32,000 nucleotides of DNA. It comes from an uncultured Methanobacteriaceae archaeon (GTDB lineage Archaea; Methanobacteriota; Methanobacteria; Methanobacteriales; Methanobacteriaceae). Position numbers and translations under genes: made by a program. The stretch is from positions 624,879 through 656,878 of the forward strand of contig CAVSRS010000002.1 in assembly GCA_963730455.1 (NCBI GenBank). Reading direction: 5' to 3'. Of the stretch, positions 20,459 through 29,939 are shown piece after piece; position 1 is the first letter of the stretch, and each line of letters begins with the position of its first letter. The notes below the pieces were generated by a model. It did no database searches and was not told the origin of the DNA. It was given only the letters and a program-made list of their open reading frames with translations.

Positions 20459-20758
20459 TTATTTATTAATGATTTTATAACGCTTCTCAAATCTCTTCCA
20501 AGAATCAGCAATAGATGATTCAGCAGTTTCTAAATTATTTAAAATAATTTTTCGAATAGTAGATGACTCTATCTCATTATTTCCCCGAGTTTCCTCAACT
20601 ATACTCCTATTAATATCCTCAATTAAAGTTAATTCATTAATCCCATTTAAATTATAACCAGCATCTATAGCTGCTTTTTGAATCGAAATTTTAACCTTCT
20701 CCGGATCAAAAGGTTCCTTATAACCATTTCTCTTCTTAACTCTTATAACCTTAGTCAT
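20459..20758 (-). CDS. stand-alone ATP-cone domain protein
   Basis: [26 protein letters not shown] at the N-terminus is the ATP-cone opening motif. The 99 aa cover essentially the length of one ATP-cone, with no catalytic or zinc-ribbon domain. Confidence 0.7.
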   Translation of the reverse strand: MTKVIRVKKRNGYKEPFDPEKVKISIQKAAIDAGYNLNGINELTLIEDINRSIVEETRGNNEIESSTIRKIILNNLETAESSIADSWKRFEKRYKIINK

Positions 20759-21035
20759 TGTTTAAATCCCATCCCCTACAGGTTAAATTTTTTTTTAAAT
20801 ATGACTAAAAAAAAAATTATATTAATATATATACTCTAATTTATGCTAAATAATTAATATAATTTATGATTAAAAAACAAAGGAAAATAGGATTTAAAAA
20901 CCTATTTGTAATCTAATTGTTAATCCTATATTGAAAAGAGATTATGAAATAATATTCCTAAAATTATGTAACATTTACTATTGATCTAAAAGTAATACTT
21001 TTATAAATATATCGATTCATTAACTCTGAACATTT

Positions 21036-21395
21036 TCACTTATCCCTAATGAAATCAAGCACGTATCTGATAGCTTTTTCTGCTTCTTGATTTAAATTGC
21101 TTTCTTTAACATTTTTATTAGATCCATCATGAAAATGTGCAGGAAATGTATTTAATTCCGGATGATCAGGTGCATTATCCCATCGGTGTAATAGACCATT
21201 TTGACCTCTATGTTCCCAATGATATGAATAATCACCATCATTAGAAAGCCAAACATCTAAAAAACTTTCATCAAAGAAAAGAATCCTTAACTTATTTGGT
21301 AAAGAAGCTTTGGTGCCAATAAATTTAGTTGAACTAACAATGTCACTAAATTCTTCCTCAGCAATAAAACTGAGCTTCAAATATAATTGATACAA
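21036..21395 (-). CDS. TumE/DUF6516-like protein (putative toxin component)
   Basis: YSYHWEHRGQNGLLHRWDNAPDHPELNTFPAHFHDGS fits my recollection of the DUF6516/TumE signature (Y-x-Y-H-W ... R-W-D-N-A-P-H-H-P ... F-P-H-H-x-H). It is 119 aa and sits 7 nt downstream of a 92-aa partner ORF. Confidence 0.6.
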   Translation of the reverse strand: MYQLYLKLSFIAEEEFSDIVSSTKFIGTKASLPNKLRILFFDESFLDVWLSNDGDYSYHWEHRGQNGLLHRWDNAPDHPELNTFPAHFHDGSNKNVKESNLNQEAEKAIRYVLDFIRDK

Positions 21396-21402
21396 AAAAA
21401 TA

Positions 21403-21681
21403 TCACCTAATAATTTTTAACTTCTCTTTAAGCTCAAAGATATATTCTTCCTTATTTTTCCAAGTAATATAATCTTCCCATGCAGGGTGACTCTCCACAT
21501 CTTTAGCTTTTATTCTATTGTAAAGCTCTTCTTTGGTGTTTACATCATATCTCTCACGAATATCGGCCAAATCATATTCTACCAACCGAATCTCCTTTTC
21601 GATGAAAGCAAGCATGCCTTTGGCTATAAGTTCCTCTTTAGGGATATTAATAATCTTACATACCTCAGCAACTACATCCAT
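21403..21681 (-). CDS. small helical protein, putative partner/antitoxin of the TumE-like gene
   Basis: 92-aa ORF immediately upstream on the same strand. It is charged, looks helical, and contains HPAWEDYITWKN. I recognise no HTH or RHH motif. Confidence 0.5.
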   Translation of the reverse strand: MDVVAEVCKIINIPKEELIAKGMLAFIEKEIRLVEYDLADIRERYDVNTKEELYNRIKAKDVESHPAWEDYITWKNKEEYIFELKEKLKIIR

Positions 21682-21990
21682 TAATTTTACTCCTTATAAA
21701 AGTAAATTATTAAATTATTCTTTATATATACATTCATAGAACTATAATATATTAAAATTTTTCCTTAAAAAAAAATTATTTAACTCAAATTCTCATTTCG
21801 TCCTTTAACTCTTTAACCAATACTTATTTAATTAAAATTTCTAATAAAAACAACAATATGAATTTTTATAATTAAATTAATCAAACCACTAATATATATT
21901 TTTACTTCCTTCAACCATGATCTAATTGTCATATAATGTGTACGATAATGTCAAAAAAAATAGAGAATTAAAATTCATTTTTTAATCCTT

Positions 21991-23217
21991 TTAAAATAAT
22001 CCACTTTCCTTCAACTTCTCCTCTGTCCATTCCGCTGGTTTAGACAATTTCTCCTTAATTAAAATAGTTAAAACAAAAATTATGGTTGGAAAAATTGCTA
22101 AAACCATTACATTATACCAATAAGTATTCCATAAAACACTTCCCAACACTTCTCTAAATGCTCCAATAGCATAACTCATAGGTAAATATGGAGATAAGTT
22201 TTGGAATGTTAATGGTAATAAATTAACTGGGAAAGTACCACCGGTAGTCATAATCTGTAAAACAAGAAGTATAATTACAAGTGCTTTCCCAATATTCCCG
22301 AAAATACTTGTTAAAGAGTATGCGATTATCATGAAACATAAACCCACATATAATGCAGTTATAGTAAATAAATAAGCTGATGATAGCTGAACATGCAAAT
22401 ATAATATTCCTAAAACTATAATTAAAGCTTGTAATATGCTTATCATTAAAAATAATCCCATTCGACCTAAATAAACACTAACATGATGATATTTTTTACT
22501 TGATCGTACACGTGTGCTTAGCATCGCTACCGCTACAATACATCCAATAAATAATGATAAAGAAATATAAAACGGTGCAATAGCGGACCCATAATTACTC
22601 ACTGGATCAATAACAGTGCTATTCAATTCAACAGGATTACTACTTTGACTATTAGTAAATGATATTCCATTCAAATTACCCGCATTAGTAGGGTTAGATA
22701 AATTAATTTTCGCATCATCAATAGCCAGATTAATATTACTAAGGATAGTATCTGCTGTGGTATTAGTAAGTCGTGGAGCAATCGGATTCAATTTATCATT
22801 AACAATATACCCCATTTCTGCTTGTTGAGGATTTACTGTTTCAAATGATAATAAATTTTCCGTGAAATTACTGGGAATAATAAAAGCAGCATAATACACT
22901 CCCTTATTAACTCCAGAAATTGCAGTGTTTTCATCCACGAACTGCCATTTAAAATCAGTGTTATTCACAGCTAATTGATTAGATAAATTTTTTCCAAAAT
23001 TATAATCTACTCCACTAGCAGTGTAACCTAAATCATTATCCACAATAGCAATCTTCATATTACCTGTTCCATTATAAGGATTCCATACTGCACTAATATT
23101 AACTAATGAATAAAGTGATGGTAAACAAATAATTATAATTAAAGCAATAATCACTACCGGATTACCTGTAATACTGTTAATATCATTTCTAAAAATTTCT
23201 TTTATTCCTTTTAACAT
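21991..23217 (-). CDS. YhgE/Pip-domain membrane protein (ABC-2-type permease-like)
   Basis: N-terminal IFRNDINSITGNPVVIIALIIIICLPSLYSL...MKIAIVDNDLGY, then a large extracytoplasmic loop and five C-terminal transmembrane helices. This is the YhgE/Pip architecture. Confidence 0.8.
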   Translation of the reverse strand: MLKGIKEIFRNDINSITGNPVVIIALIIIICLPSLYSLVNISAVWNPYNGTGNMKIAIVDNDLGYTASGVDYNFGKNLSNQLAVNNTDFKWQFVDENTAISGVNKGVYYAAFIIPSNFTENLLSFETVNPQQAEMGYIVNDKLNPIAPRLTNTTADTILSNINLAIDDAKINLSNPTNAGNLNGISFTNSQSSNPVELNSTVIDPVSNYGSAIAPFYISLSLFIGCIVAVAMLSTRVRSSKKYHHVSVYLGRMGLFLMISILQALIIVLGILYLHVQLSSAYLFTITALYVGLCFMIIAYSLTSIFGNIGKALVIILLVLQIMTTGGTFPVNLLPLTFQNLSPYLPMSYAIGAFREVLGSVLWNTYWYNVMVLAIFPTIIFVLTILIKEKLSKPAEWTEEKLKESGLF

Positions 23218-23246
23218 TTTTCATTAAATCCTATAATTTTTAATTT

Positions 23247-23269
23247 AGTAGTTATCATCAAAACTACCA
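23247..23269. promoter_or_regulatory. operator-like palindrome copy 1 (AGTAGTT-N8-AACTACCA)
   Basis: AGTAGTTATCATCAAAACTACCA. The arms GTAGTT and AACTAC are reverse complements. It lies 30-52 nt upstream of the YhgE/Pip start codon, about where a transcript from the TATA box at 23294-23301 would begin. Confidence 0.5.
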
Positions 23270-23293
23270 CTCTTTTTAATATGAAATTAACAT

Positions 23294-23301
23294 TATATAA
23301 A
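23294..23301 (-). promoter_or_regulatory. archaeal TATA-box candidate for the YhgE/Pip gene
   Basis: The minus strand reads TTTATATA, the canonical methanogen TATA octamer, exactly between the two palindrome copies. In AT-rich DNA this alone is weak evidence. Confidence 0.4.
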
Positions 23302-23312
23302 CTTAACTATTC

Positions 23313-23335
23313 AGTAGTTTGATCAAAAACTACCA
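23313..23335. promoter_or_regulatory. operator-like palindrome copy 2 (AGTAGTT-N8-AACTACCA)
   Basis: AGTAGTTTGATCAAAAACTACCA. It has the same 23-nt length and identical arms as copy 1, lies 66 nt away, and has a GATC-centred near-perfect dyad. Confidence 0.5.
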
Positions 23336-23554
23336 TTAATCTTATTTAAAAAAAATCGATTAATCAAATTAAAAAAGCAAACGAATGCAAAAAAAAACGC
23401 TTAATCATATATTACTCAAAGATAATACATGAATATTAATACTTTAATCAACAGAATTACATCTATAATATAAAAAAATTGATTAAAAAAAAATCACTAT
23501 TCTCACATCACCTAAAAACTAGAAATAAAAAAAAATAGAAGTTGAGTAGAAATA

Positions 23555-24703
23555 ATGGAAGAATTAAAAGTTCTAATACTAGAAGATGTCCCGCTTGACG
23601 CTGAATTAATAGAATACGAACTACATCATGAAGATCTAAAATTTACATCCAGACGAGTAGAAACCGAAAAAGAATTCATTAAACAACTAGAAAATTTCAA
23701 ACCAAACATAATACTAGCCAATCATTCACTACCCCACTATGATGGAATATCCGCATTACAACTCACTAGAAAAAAATCACCTCACACCCCATTCATTTTC
23801 GTAAGTGGGAAAATAGGAGATGAATTCACAGCAGAAATGCTAAAAAAAGGAGCAACAGACTATGTGTATAAAAATAACTTATCAAAATTAACACCAGCAA
23901 TTAAAAGAGCCCTCAATGAACAAGAAGAAGTAGATAAACTATATAAAAGTAAAAAACTCGAAAAAGAATTGAAAAAAGCATTAAAAGAATTAGAACGCTC
24001 CAACCAAGAACTGGAAAATTTCGCTTATGTAGCATCACACGACCTACAAGAACCACTAAGAATGGTATCAAGCTTCACCCAACTATTAGAAGAACAATAT
24101 AAAGATAAATTAGATGAAACCGCTCTAGAATACATTAATTATGCAGTAAATGGCGCTAAACAAATGCAATTATTAATAAACGACTTATTAACCTACTCCC
24201 GTATTAACACCAATGATAATAAATTCATGAATATTAATTTAGAAAAAGCATTAGATGAAGCATTATTCAACCTAGAAATAATAATCGAAGAAACACAAGC
24301 AATCATCACCAGAGAACCCTTACCTCAAATCTACGCTGACTATAGTCAATTAGTAAGAGTATTCCAAAACCTCGTCGGCAACGCAATAAAATACCGCAGC
24401 CCAGAAAAACCAGAAATCCATATATCATCCACCAGAAAAGATCAAAACTGGTTATTCTCAGTGAAAGATAACGGAATCGGAATCCAACCAAAATACTCAG
24501 AACAAGTATTCCAAATATTCAAAAGACTACATACACAAGATGAATATGAAGGAACCGGCATCGGTTTAGCCATAACCAAAAAAATAATAGAATTACACCA
24601 AGGACAAATCTGGTACGACTCACAACCCGGAAACGGTTCAACCTTCCACTTCACATCCCCCAAACATTATAGAAAATCAAAATTTATATCTAAAAAATTC
24701 TGA
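23555..24703 (+). CDS. receiver-domain/histidine kinase fusion (REC-HisKA-HATPase), receiver lacks the acceptor Asp
   Basis: The REC fold is present (LILEDVPLDAELI, FIFVSGKIGDE, GATDYVYK), but the acceptor position reads ILANHSLP (AAT at 23720-23722) where relatives have D. Kinase core: [41 protein letters not shown]. Confidence 0.9.
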   Translation: MEELKVLILEDVPLDAELIEYELHHEDLKFTSRRVETEKEFIKQLENFKPNIILANHSLPHYDGISALQLTRKKSPHTPFIFVSGKIGDEFTAEMLKKGATDYVYKNNLSKLTPAIKRALNEQEEVDKLYKSKKLEKELKKALKELERSNQELENFAYVASHDLQEPLRMVSSFTQLLEEQYKDKLDETALEYINYAVNGAKQMQLLINDLLTYSRINTNDNKFMNINLEKALDEALFNLEIIIEETQAIITREPLPQIYADYSQLVRVFQNLVGNAIKYRSPEKPEIHISSTRKDQNWLFSVKDNGIGIQPKYSEQVFQIFKRLHTQDEYEGTGIGLAITKKIIELHQGQIWYDSQPGNGSTFHFTSPKHYRKSKFISKKF

Positions 24704-24740
24704 TACTCTGAAAATGTTCTAAAAGAAATTAATGTTCAAC

Positions 24741-24749
24741 TTTTTTTTT
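24741..24749 (+). terminator. oligo-T terminator candidate after the REC-kinase gene
   Basis: T9 run 38 nt after the TGA stop at 24701-24703. Confidence 0.4.
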
Positions 24750-25284
24750 ATTAAAAATAATTAACCAATATTTAAATCATTATATTATTACTCACATTAT
24801 CACTCGGATTTAGACAAAGACTCATACACATTCCCTACTATGTCATTTAAAAAGTAAATCTATAACCCAGATTTCCTGCTTCATTTTCTATACTTTCAAG
24901 CATATTTATCCACATCATCAACCCGTAATTATTACAAGATCACCTTAATATCATTGCTCCCCATAATCCGCTTTTTACTTCGAATACCTCCCCAATATAA
25001 TATATGTATAAATTCGAACTAACTGAATTTTTCAATTTAATTCACAAATCATAAAAAACTTAATTAATCCCAAATTTTTTTTTACTATCATAATGAGCAT
25101 TATTTCGAAAAATTTAATAATTCCGAAATAATTCAAATTAATTTTTTTATAAAAACAAGAAATACTATTACAAATATCATAAATTTAAATTTTTTTTTTA
25201 ATAAATTAAATAAGCAAGATATTCTACATTAAGATATACTACAAATTTAAAAATCTATAATTGAATACTTCAGTGAGTTTCAAT

Positions 25285-27874
25285 ATGGTCAAATCTGATA
25301 AAATAATTGATAATGAACTATATAAATCTTCTAAAATGCTATCTGCAATATTTGAGTTGAATCCAGATGCTATAGCACTCAATAGATTATCTGATGGGAA
25401 ATTTATAGATTGTAATCAGGAATTTCTTAATCAAATTGGTTATTCACGAGAAGAAGTGATTGGACATACATCATTAGAACTTAAATTATTCAGTTTTGAG
25501 GAACGAAATGCATTCGTTGATAAAATAATTAACCTAAAGACTTTGTCTAATTTTGAAGTTAGAATCAGGACAAAGAATGGACTTTTCATTCATGTTCTTT
25601 ATTCTGTCCGTTTAATTGAAGAAGAGCAAATCTTACTTATAATCGGTAAAGATATAACAGAACGAAAGAAGTCAGAGGAAAAAACTCAAGAGTTAATGGA
25701 AGAGTTGCAATTATATACTGAGGAATTAAAGGTTTCTAATGATGAATTACAATCCACTACTGAGGATTTAAGGGTTTCCAATGATGATTTACGTTCTTCT
25801 TATATAGAGCGTGAGTTGGCTAATCAAAAACTTAATGTTCAGAGTGAAGATTTAATAAAATTTAACCGGTTACTTTCTGAGAGTGAAGAAAAATATCGGA
25901 TGCTTTTTGAATCTATGAATGAAGCATTTATTATGGGTGGAATCATATTAGACCGTCACGGTCAACCTTATGACTGGATATACCTGGCGGTTAATAAAGC
26001 TGCTGCCTCTAGTTATGCAATGGAACCTGATCAATTGATTAATAAAAGATTCAGAGAGCTTTTCCCTAAAATGGAACCACTATACCTCAAAGAAATTGGA
26101 CAAGTAGCACTCACCGGAATACCTATAAAAAATATGGAAAGATATGATCCTATTACAAAGGATTATTTTCAATTTGATATTTATTCTCAAGAAAAAGGAT
26201 TTTTTGCAGTTTTCACTAGGAACATCACTGAGCGTAAAAAGGCAGAAAAAGAAGTAATGAAGGCTAAGGAAGAGTGGGAATACACATTTAATGCTGTCCC
26301 TGATTTAATAGCTATGGTTGATGTGAATTATAATATTTTACGCATAAATAAAGCCATGGCGAATAGATTAGGAATTAAAATAGAGGATATCAATGGTCTT
26401 AAATGTTATGAATTAATTCATGGCACTAATGAACCGCCTTCACTGTGTCCTCATCAACTTATACTAAAGGATGGTCTAGAGCACACTGTGGAGATACATG
26501 AAGATACTTTAAATGGTGACTTCATCGATAGTGCATCTCCTATATACAATGAAAAAAATGAGTTTATTGGAAGCGTTCTCATATTTAAAGATATTACCGA
26601 ACGTAAACGAGCTGAAAAGGAACTTTTAAGACTTAACAGGACACTCCAGGCGCTTAGTCATAGTGATCGTGCTATGAGACGTGCAAAAGATGAAACTGAA
26701 TACTTAAAAGAAGTATGTAAAATTATCATAGACGATTGTAGTTATGCGATGGTGTGGATAGGTTTTGCTGAAAATGATGAAAACAAGACTGTAAGACCCG
26801 TGGCATTTTCTGGTTTTGATGAGAGTTATTTAGATACACTCGGTATCACTTGGAGTGATAATAAATGTGGTCGCGGACCTACAGGTACTGCTGTTCGTAC
26901 AGGTAAAATTAGTGCTTGTAAAAATATGCTTAATGATCCTAATTTCGAACCATGGCGTAAAGAAGCACTAAAGAGAGGTTATGCTTCATCGTTGGCTCTA
27001 CCTTTAATGGATAATGGTAAAGCTTTTGGAGCTTTAACCATATACTCAACTGAAGTTAATCCTTTCACTGAAGATGAGATAAATTTATTAACTGATTTAA
27101 CTGAGGATATTTCTTATGGAATATTAACGATTAGATTAACTGATGCAAAATCTAAATCAGATGAAATCCTAGAAAAAACTTTGGATGAATTGAAACTATC
27201 CAACCGGGAGTTGGAGCAGTTTGCTTATGTGGCTTCACATGACTTGCAGGAACCATTAAGGATGGTTTCCAGTTTCACCCAATTACTTGAAATGAAATAT
27301 AAGGATGTGCTTGATGCAGAAGCCTTAGAGTATATTCATTTTAGTGTGGATGGTGCTAAAAGGATGCAGTTATTAATCAACGATCTTTTAGCTTACTCTC
27401 GAGTTAACACTAAGGGTGGAAAATTTGAGGATGTTGATTTGGAGAAAGTCTTGGATGAAGTTTTATTTAACTTGGAGATAGTAATCGAAAAAAATCAGGC
27501 AAACATTACTAAGGAATCTTTGCCTCATATTTGTGCAGATTATAGTCAGATGGTACAGTTATTCCAGAATTTAATAGGTAATGCACTGAAATATCGTAGA
27601 CAATGAATCACCACAAATCTTTATATCCTCTCGTAAAGAAGATGACCATTGGCTGTTTTCGGTCGAGGATAATGGTATTGGAATAGATTCACAATATAAT
27701 GATCAGATATTCCGTATATTTAGAAGATTACATACTCATGATGAGTATGAAGGTACCGGGATAGGTTTGGCTATAGTTGATAGAATACTAGGAAGACATG
27801 GCGGACGAATCTGGGTAGAATCGAAATTAGGTAAAGGTTCAACCTTTTACTTCACCATCCCTATTAAAAGCTAA
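25285..27874 (+). pseudogene. PAS/PAS/PAS/GAF sensor histidine kinase, +1 insertion separating the ATPase domain
   Basis: The ATG at 25285 gives MVKSDKIIDNE, parallel to MVKSNEMIDE of the 2370..6068 kinase. The track uses the TTG at 25261. The H-box is [15 protein letters not shown]. The frame ends ...NALKYRRQ* at 27604-27606. Skipping one base gives [33 protein letters not shown]...GTGIGLAI...[11 protein letters not shown], colinear with the paralogues, with a stop at 27872-27874. Confidence 0.85.
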
Positions 27875-28016
27875 AATTTCAAATTATTTCATTTTAATTA
27901 TTATTTCTCAAAACGCTGAAATTCTAAATTAAATAAAGAATTTTTTTATAAATATTTAATTATTATAATCGTAATATAATACGTATTAAATGAAAAAATT
28001 TTTTTTGTGATTTAGT

Positions 28017-29629
28017 ATGATATCTGAATTAACTGCTAGCAGATCAAATTTACTGAAAGGTTATTCGGAATTTATATCAATTTTAATCGCTTTAATCGGG
28101 ATTTTAATTCTCATTGGATGGACGTTTAATATTCAAATCTTATTAACACCCGGGTCTGGATTTTCAACAATTAAATCCAACACCGGTTTAGCTTTTCTAT
28201 TAATTGGATTATCCCTATGGTTTGTACAGACCAAAAGAATTGACGTACACAATCAACGGGTAGCACAGATATTGGCTTTTATGGTAATGATGATTGGATT
28301 TCTAACTCTTTTGGAATATATTTTTAATTTAAATTTTGGTATTGATCAGATACTTTTTAAAGAGGCTGTTGGAGCATTGAATACTTCCGCACCAAATAGG
28401 ATGGCTTTGACTACTACCGTAAACTTTATTTTAGCAGGATTATCTATTTTGCTATGGAATATCAAAACTCCTCGAGTTTACAGACCCACCCAGATTTTAG
28501 CAATTATTGGCGGGTTTATTTCGCTTATAGGATTCCTAGCGTATATTTATAATGTTTCACTATTGTATCATATTCCCCAATTTACAGCAATATCAATCTA
28601 TGCTACATTTACTTTTATTTTACTATTTACAGCGATATTATTTTCACAACCGGATACCGGAATCATGTCAATAATCAATACTGATCAAATAAGTGGTGTT
28701 TTATCACGAAGGTTACTGCCTTTAATTATTATTATACCAATAATATTGGGGTTAATATTGAATTATGGTGCAAATATGGGTCTTTATACTGAACAATTAG
28801 GAGATATTTTATTCCTTTTCTCTATAATTATATTCCTATCCATAATAGTTTGGATAACTACACTCTCCATTAAAAAAATTGATGATGATCGTAGATCATT
28901 GGAGATGGAATACCAAACATCTCTTGAAGAAAAAGTTAGCGATCGTACTAAAGAATTAGAACAATCTAATAAAGATTTACAGCAGTTTGCCTATGTAGCA
29001 GCTCATGATCTGAGAGAGCCATTACGTATGATCAGTAGCTTTTTACAGTTACTTGAGCGTAAATATGAGGATAAACTAGATAACGAAGCTAATGAATTCA
29101 TTGAATTTGCAGTTACTGGAGCTCAACGTTTAGATTTTATGATCAATGATCTTCTAGAGTACTCTAGAGTAGTTAATAAAAAAAGAGAATTTAGCAATGT
29201 TAGTATTAATAATGTTTTAGAACGGACTATTTTAAATTTGAAATCATCTATAAACTTTAATAATGCTGAAATAACGTACAATCAATTGCCTACAATCGTC
29301 GGAGACGATCAGTTAATGATTCTACTATTTCAAAATCTTATAAGTAACTCAATCAAATATCGTGGTGAAGAAATACCTAAAATCAATATCTCAGCGGTTA
29401 AAGAATTCAATCAGTACCTCTTTACAGTTAAGGATAACGGAATTGGAATGTCTACGGAACATTTGGGAAGAATATTCACTATCTTCCAACGACTTCACAA
29501 CAAAGATGAATATGAAGGAACGGGAATTGGTCTTGCATTGTACAAAAAATTGTACATCAACACGGTGGAGGAATATGGGTGGACTCCGAACTCGGTAAAG
29601 GTTCAACCTTCTATTCAATATTCCCTTAA
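28017..29629 (+). pseudogene. membrane-anchored sensor histidine kinase (multi-pass N-terminal sensor), -1 frameshift in an A6 run
   Basis: The first roughly 290 aa look like about eight hydrophobic helices, followed by FAYVAAHDLREPLRM, NLISNSIKYR, VKDNGIGM and GTGIGLAL. After AAAAAA (29544-29549) the listed frame becomes nonsense (YKKLYINTVEEYGW). One extra A gives [28 protein letters not shown] with a stop at 29627-29629. Confidence 0.85.
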
Positions 29630-29939
29630 AAACAGATTGAATATAATATTATTTTTTTTTATAAATTTGGGTAAATTTCACAAACCATATGATGATTAAT
29701 CTGAGAATAACTTTTCATATTTGAATTATATATAAAAAAATTAGGAATATGATAAAATTTTGTTAATAAAATTTTGTTATTTTCACACGCTTTTTTTAAG
29801 TAATTTTAATGATTAATTTAACTTGAAACCATTAATTTTAATAAAAACGTTAATCTAATTTGTAGATAAATAAAAAAATTTATTTAATAATTAAGATTTA
29901 TAATATTTGACTGATTAATCTTTTCGGAGTATTTCAATT

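Noticed and set aside
24704-25260. Origin recognition box (ORB/mini-ORB) repeats and an AT-rich unwinding element in the long spacer
   Set aside because: I found only short TTCGAA/TTGAAA-type words, which are common in AT-rich DNA. There are no repeated ORB-like dyad elements and no adjacent orc1/cdc6, so the origin idea is kept as a low-confidence hypothesis and is not annotated as a feature.
25261-25284. TTG at 25261 as the start of the third kinase
   Set aside because: The ATG at 25285 gives MVKSDKIID, parallel to the MVKSNEMID start of the paralogue at 6068. The eight extra codons from the TTG have no support.
11941-27606. In-frame stop codons (TAG at 11941 in ribL, TGA at 27604 in a kinase, TGA at 16813 in Hsp20) as possible pyrrolysine or selenocysteine recoding
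   Set aside because: In every case the conserved protein sequence resumes in a different frame, not in the same frame after the stop. These are indels, not recoded stops.
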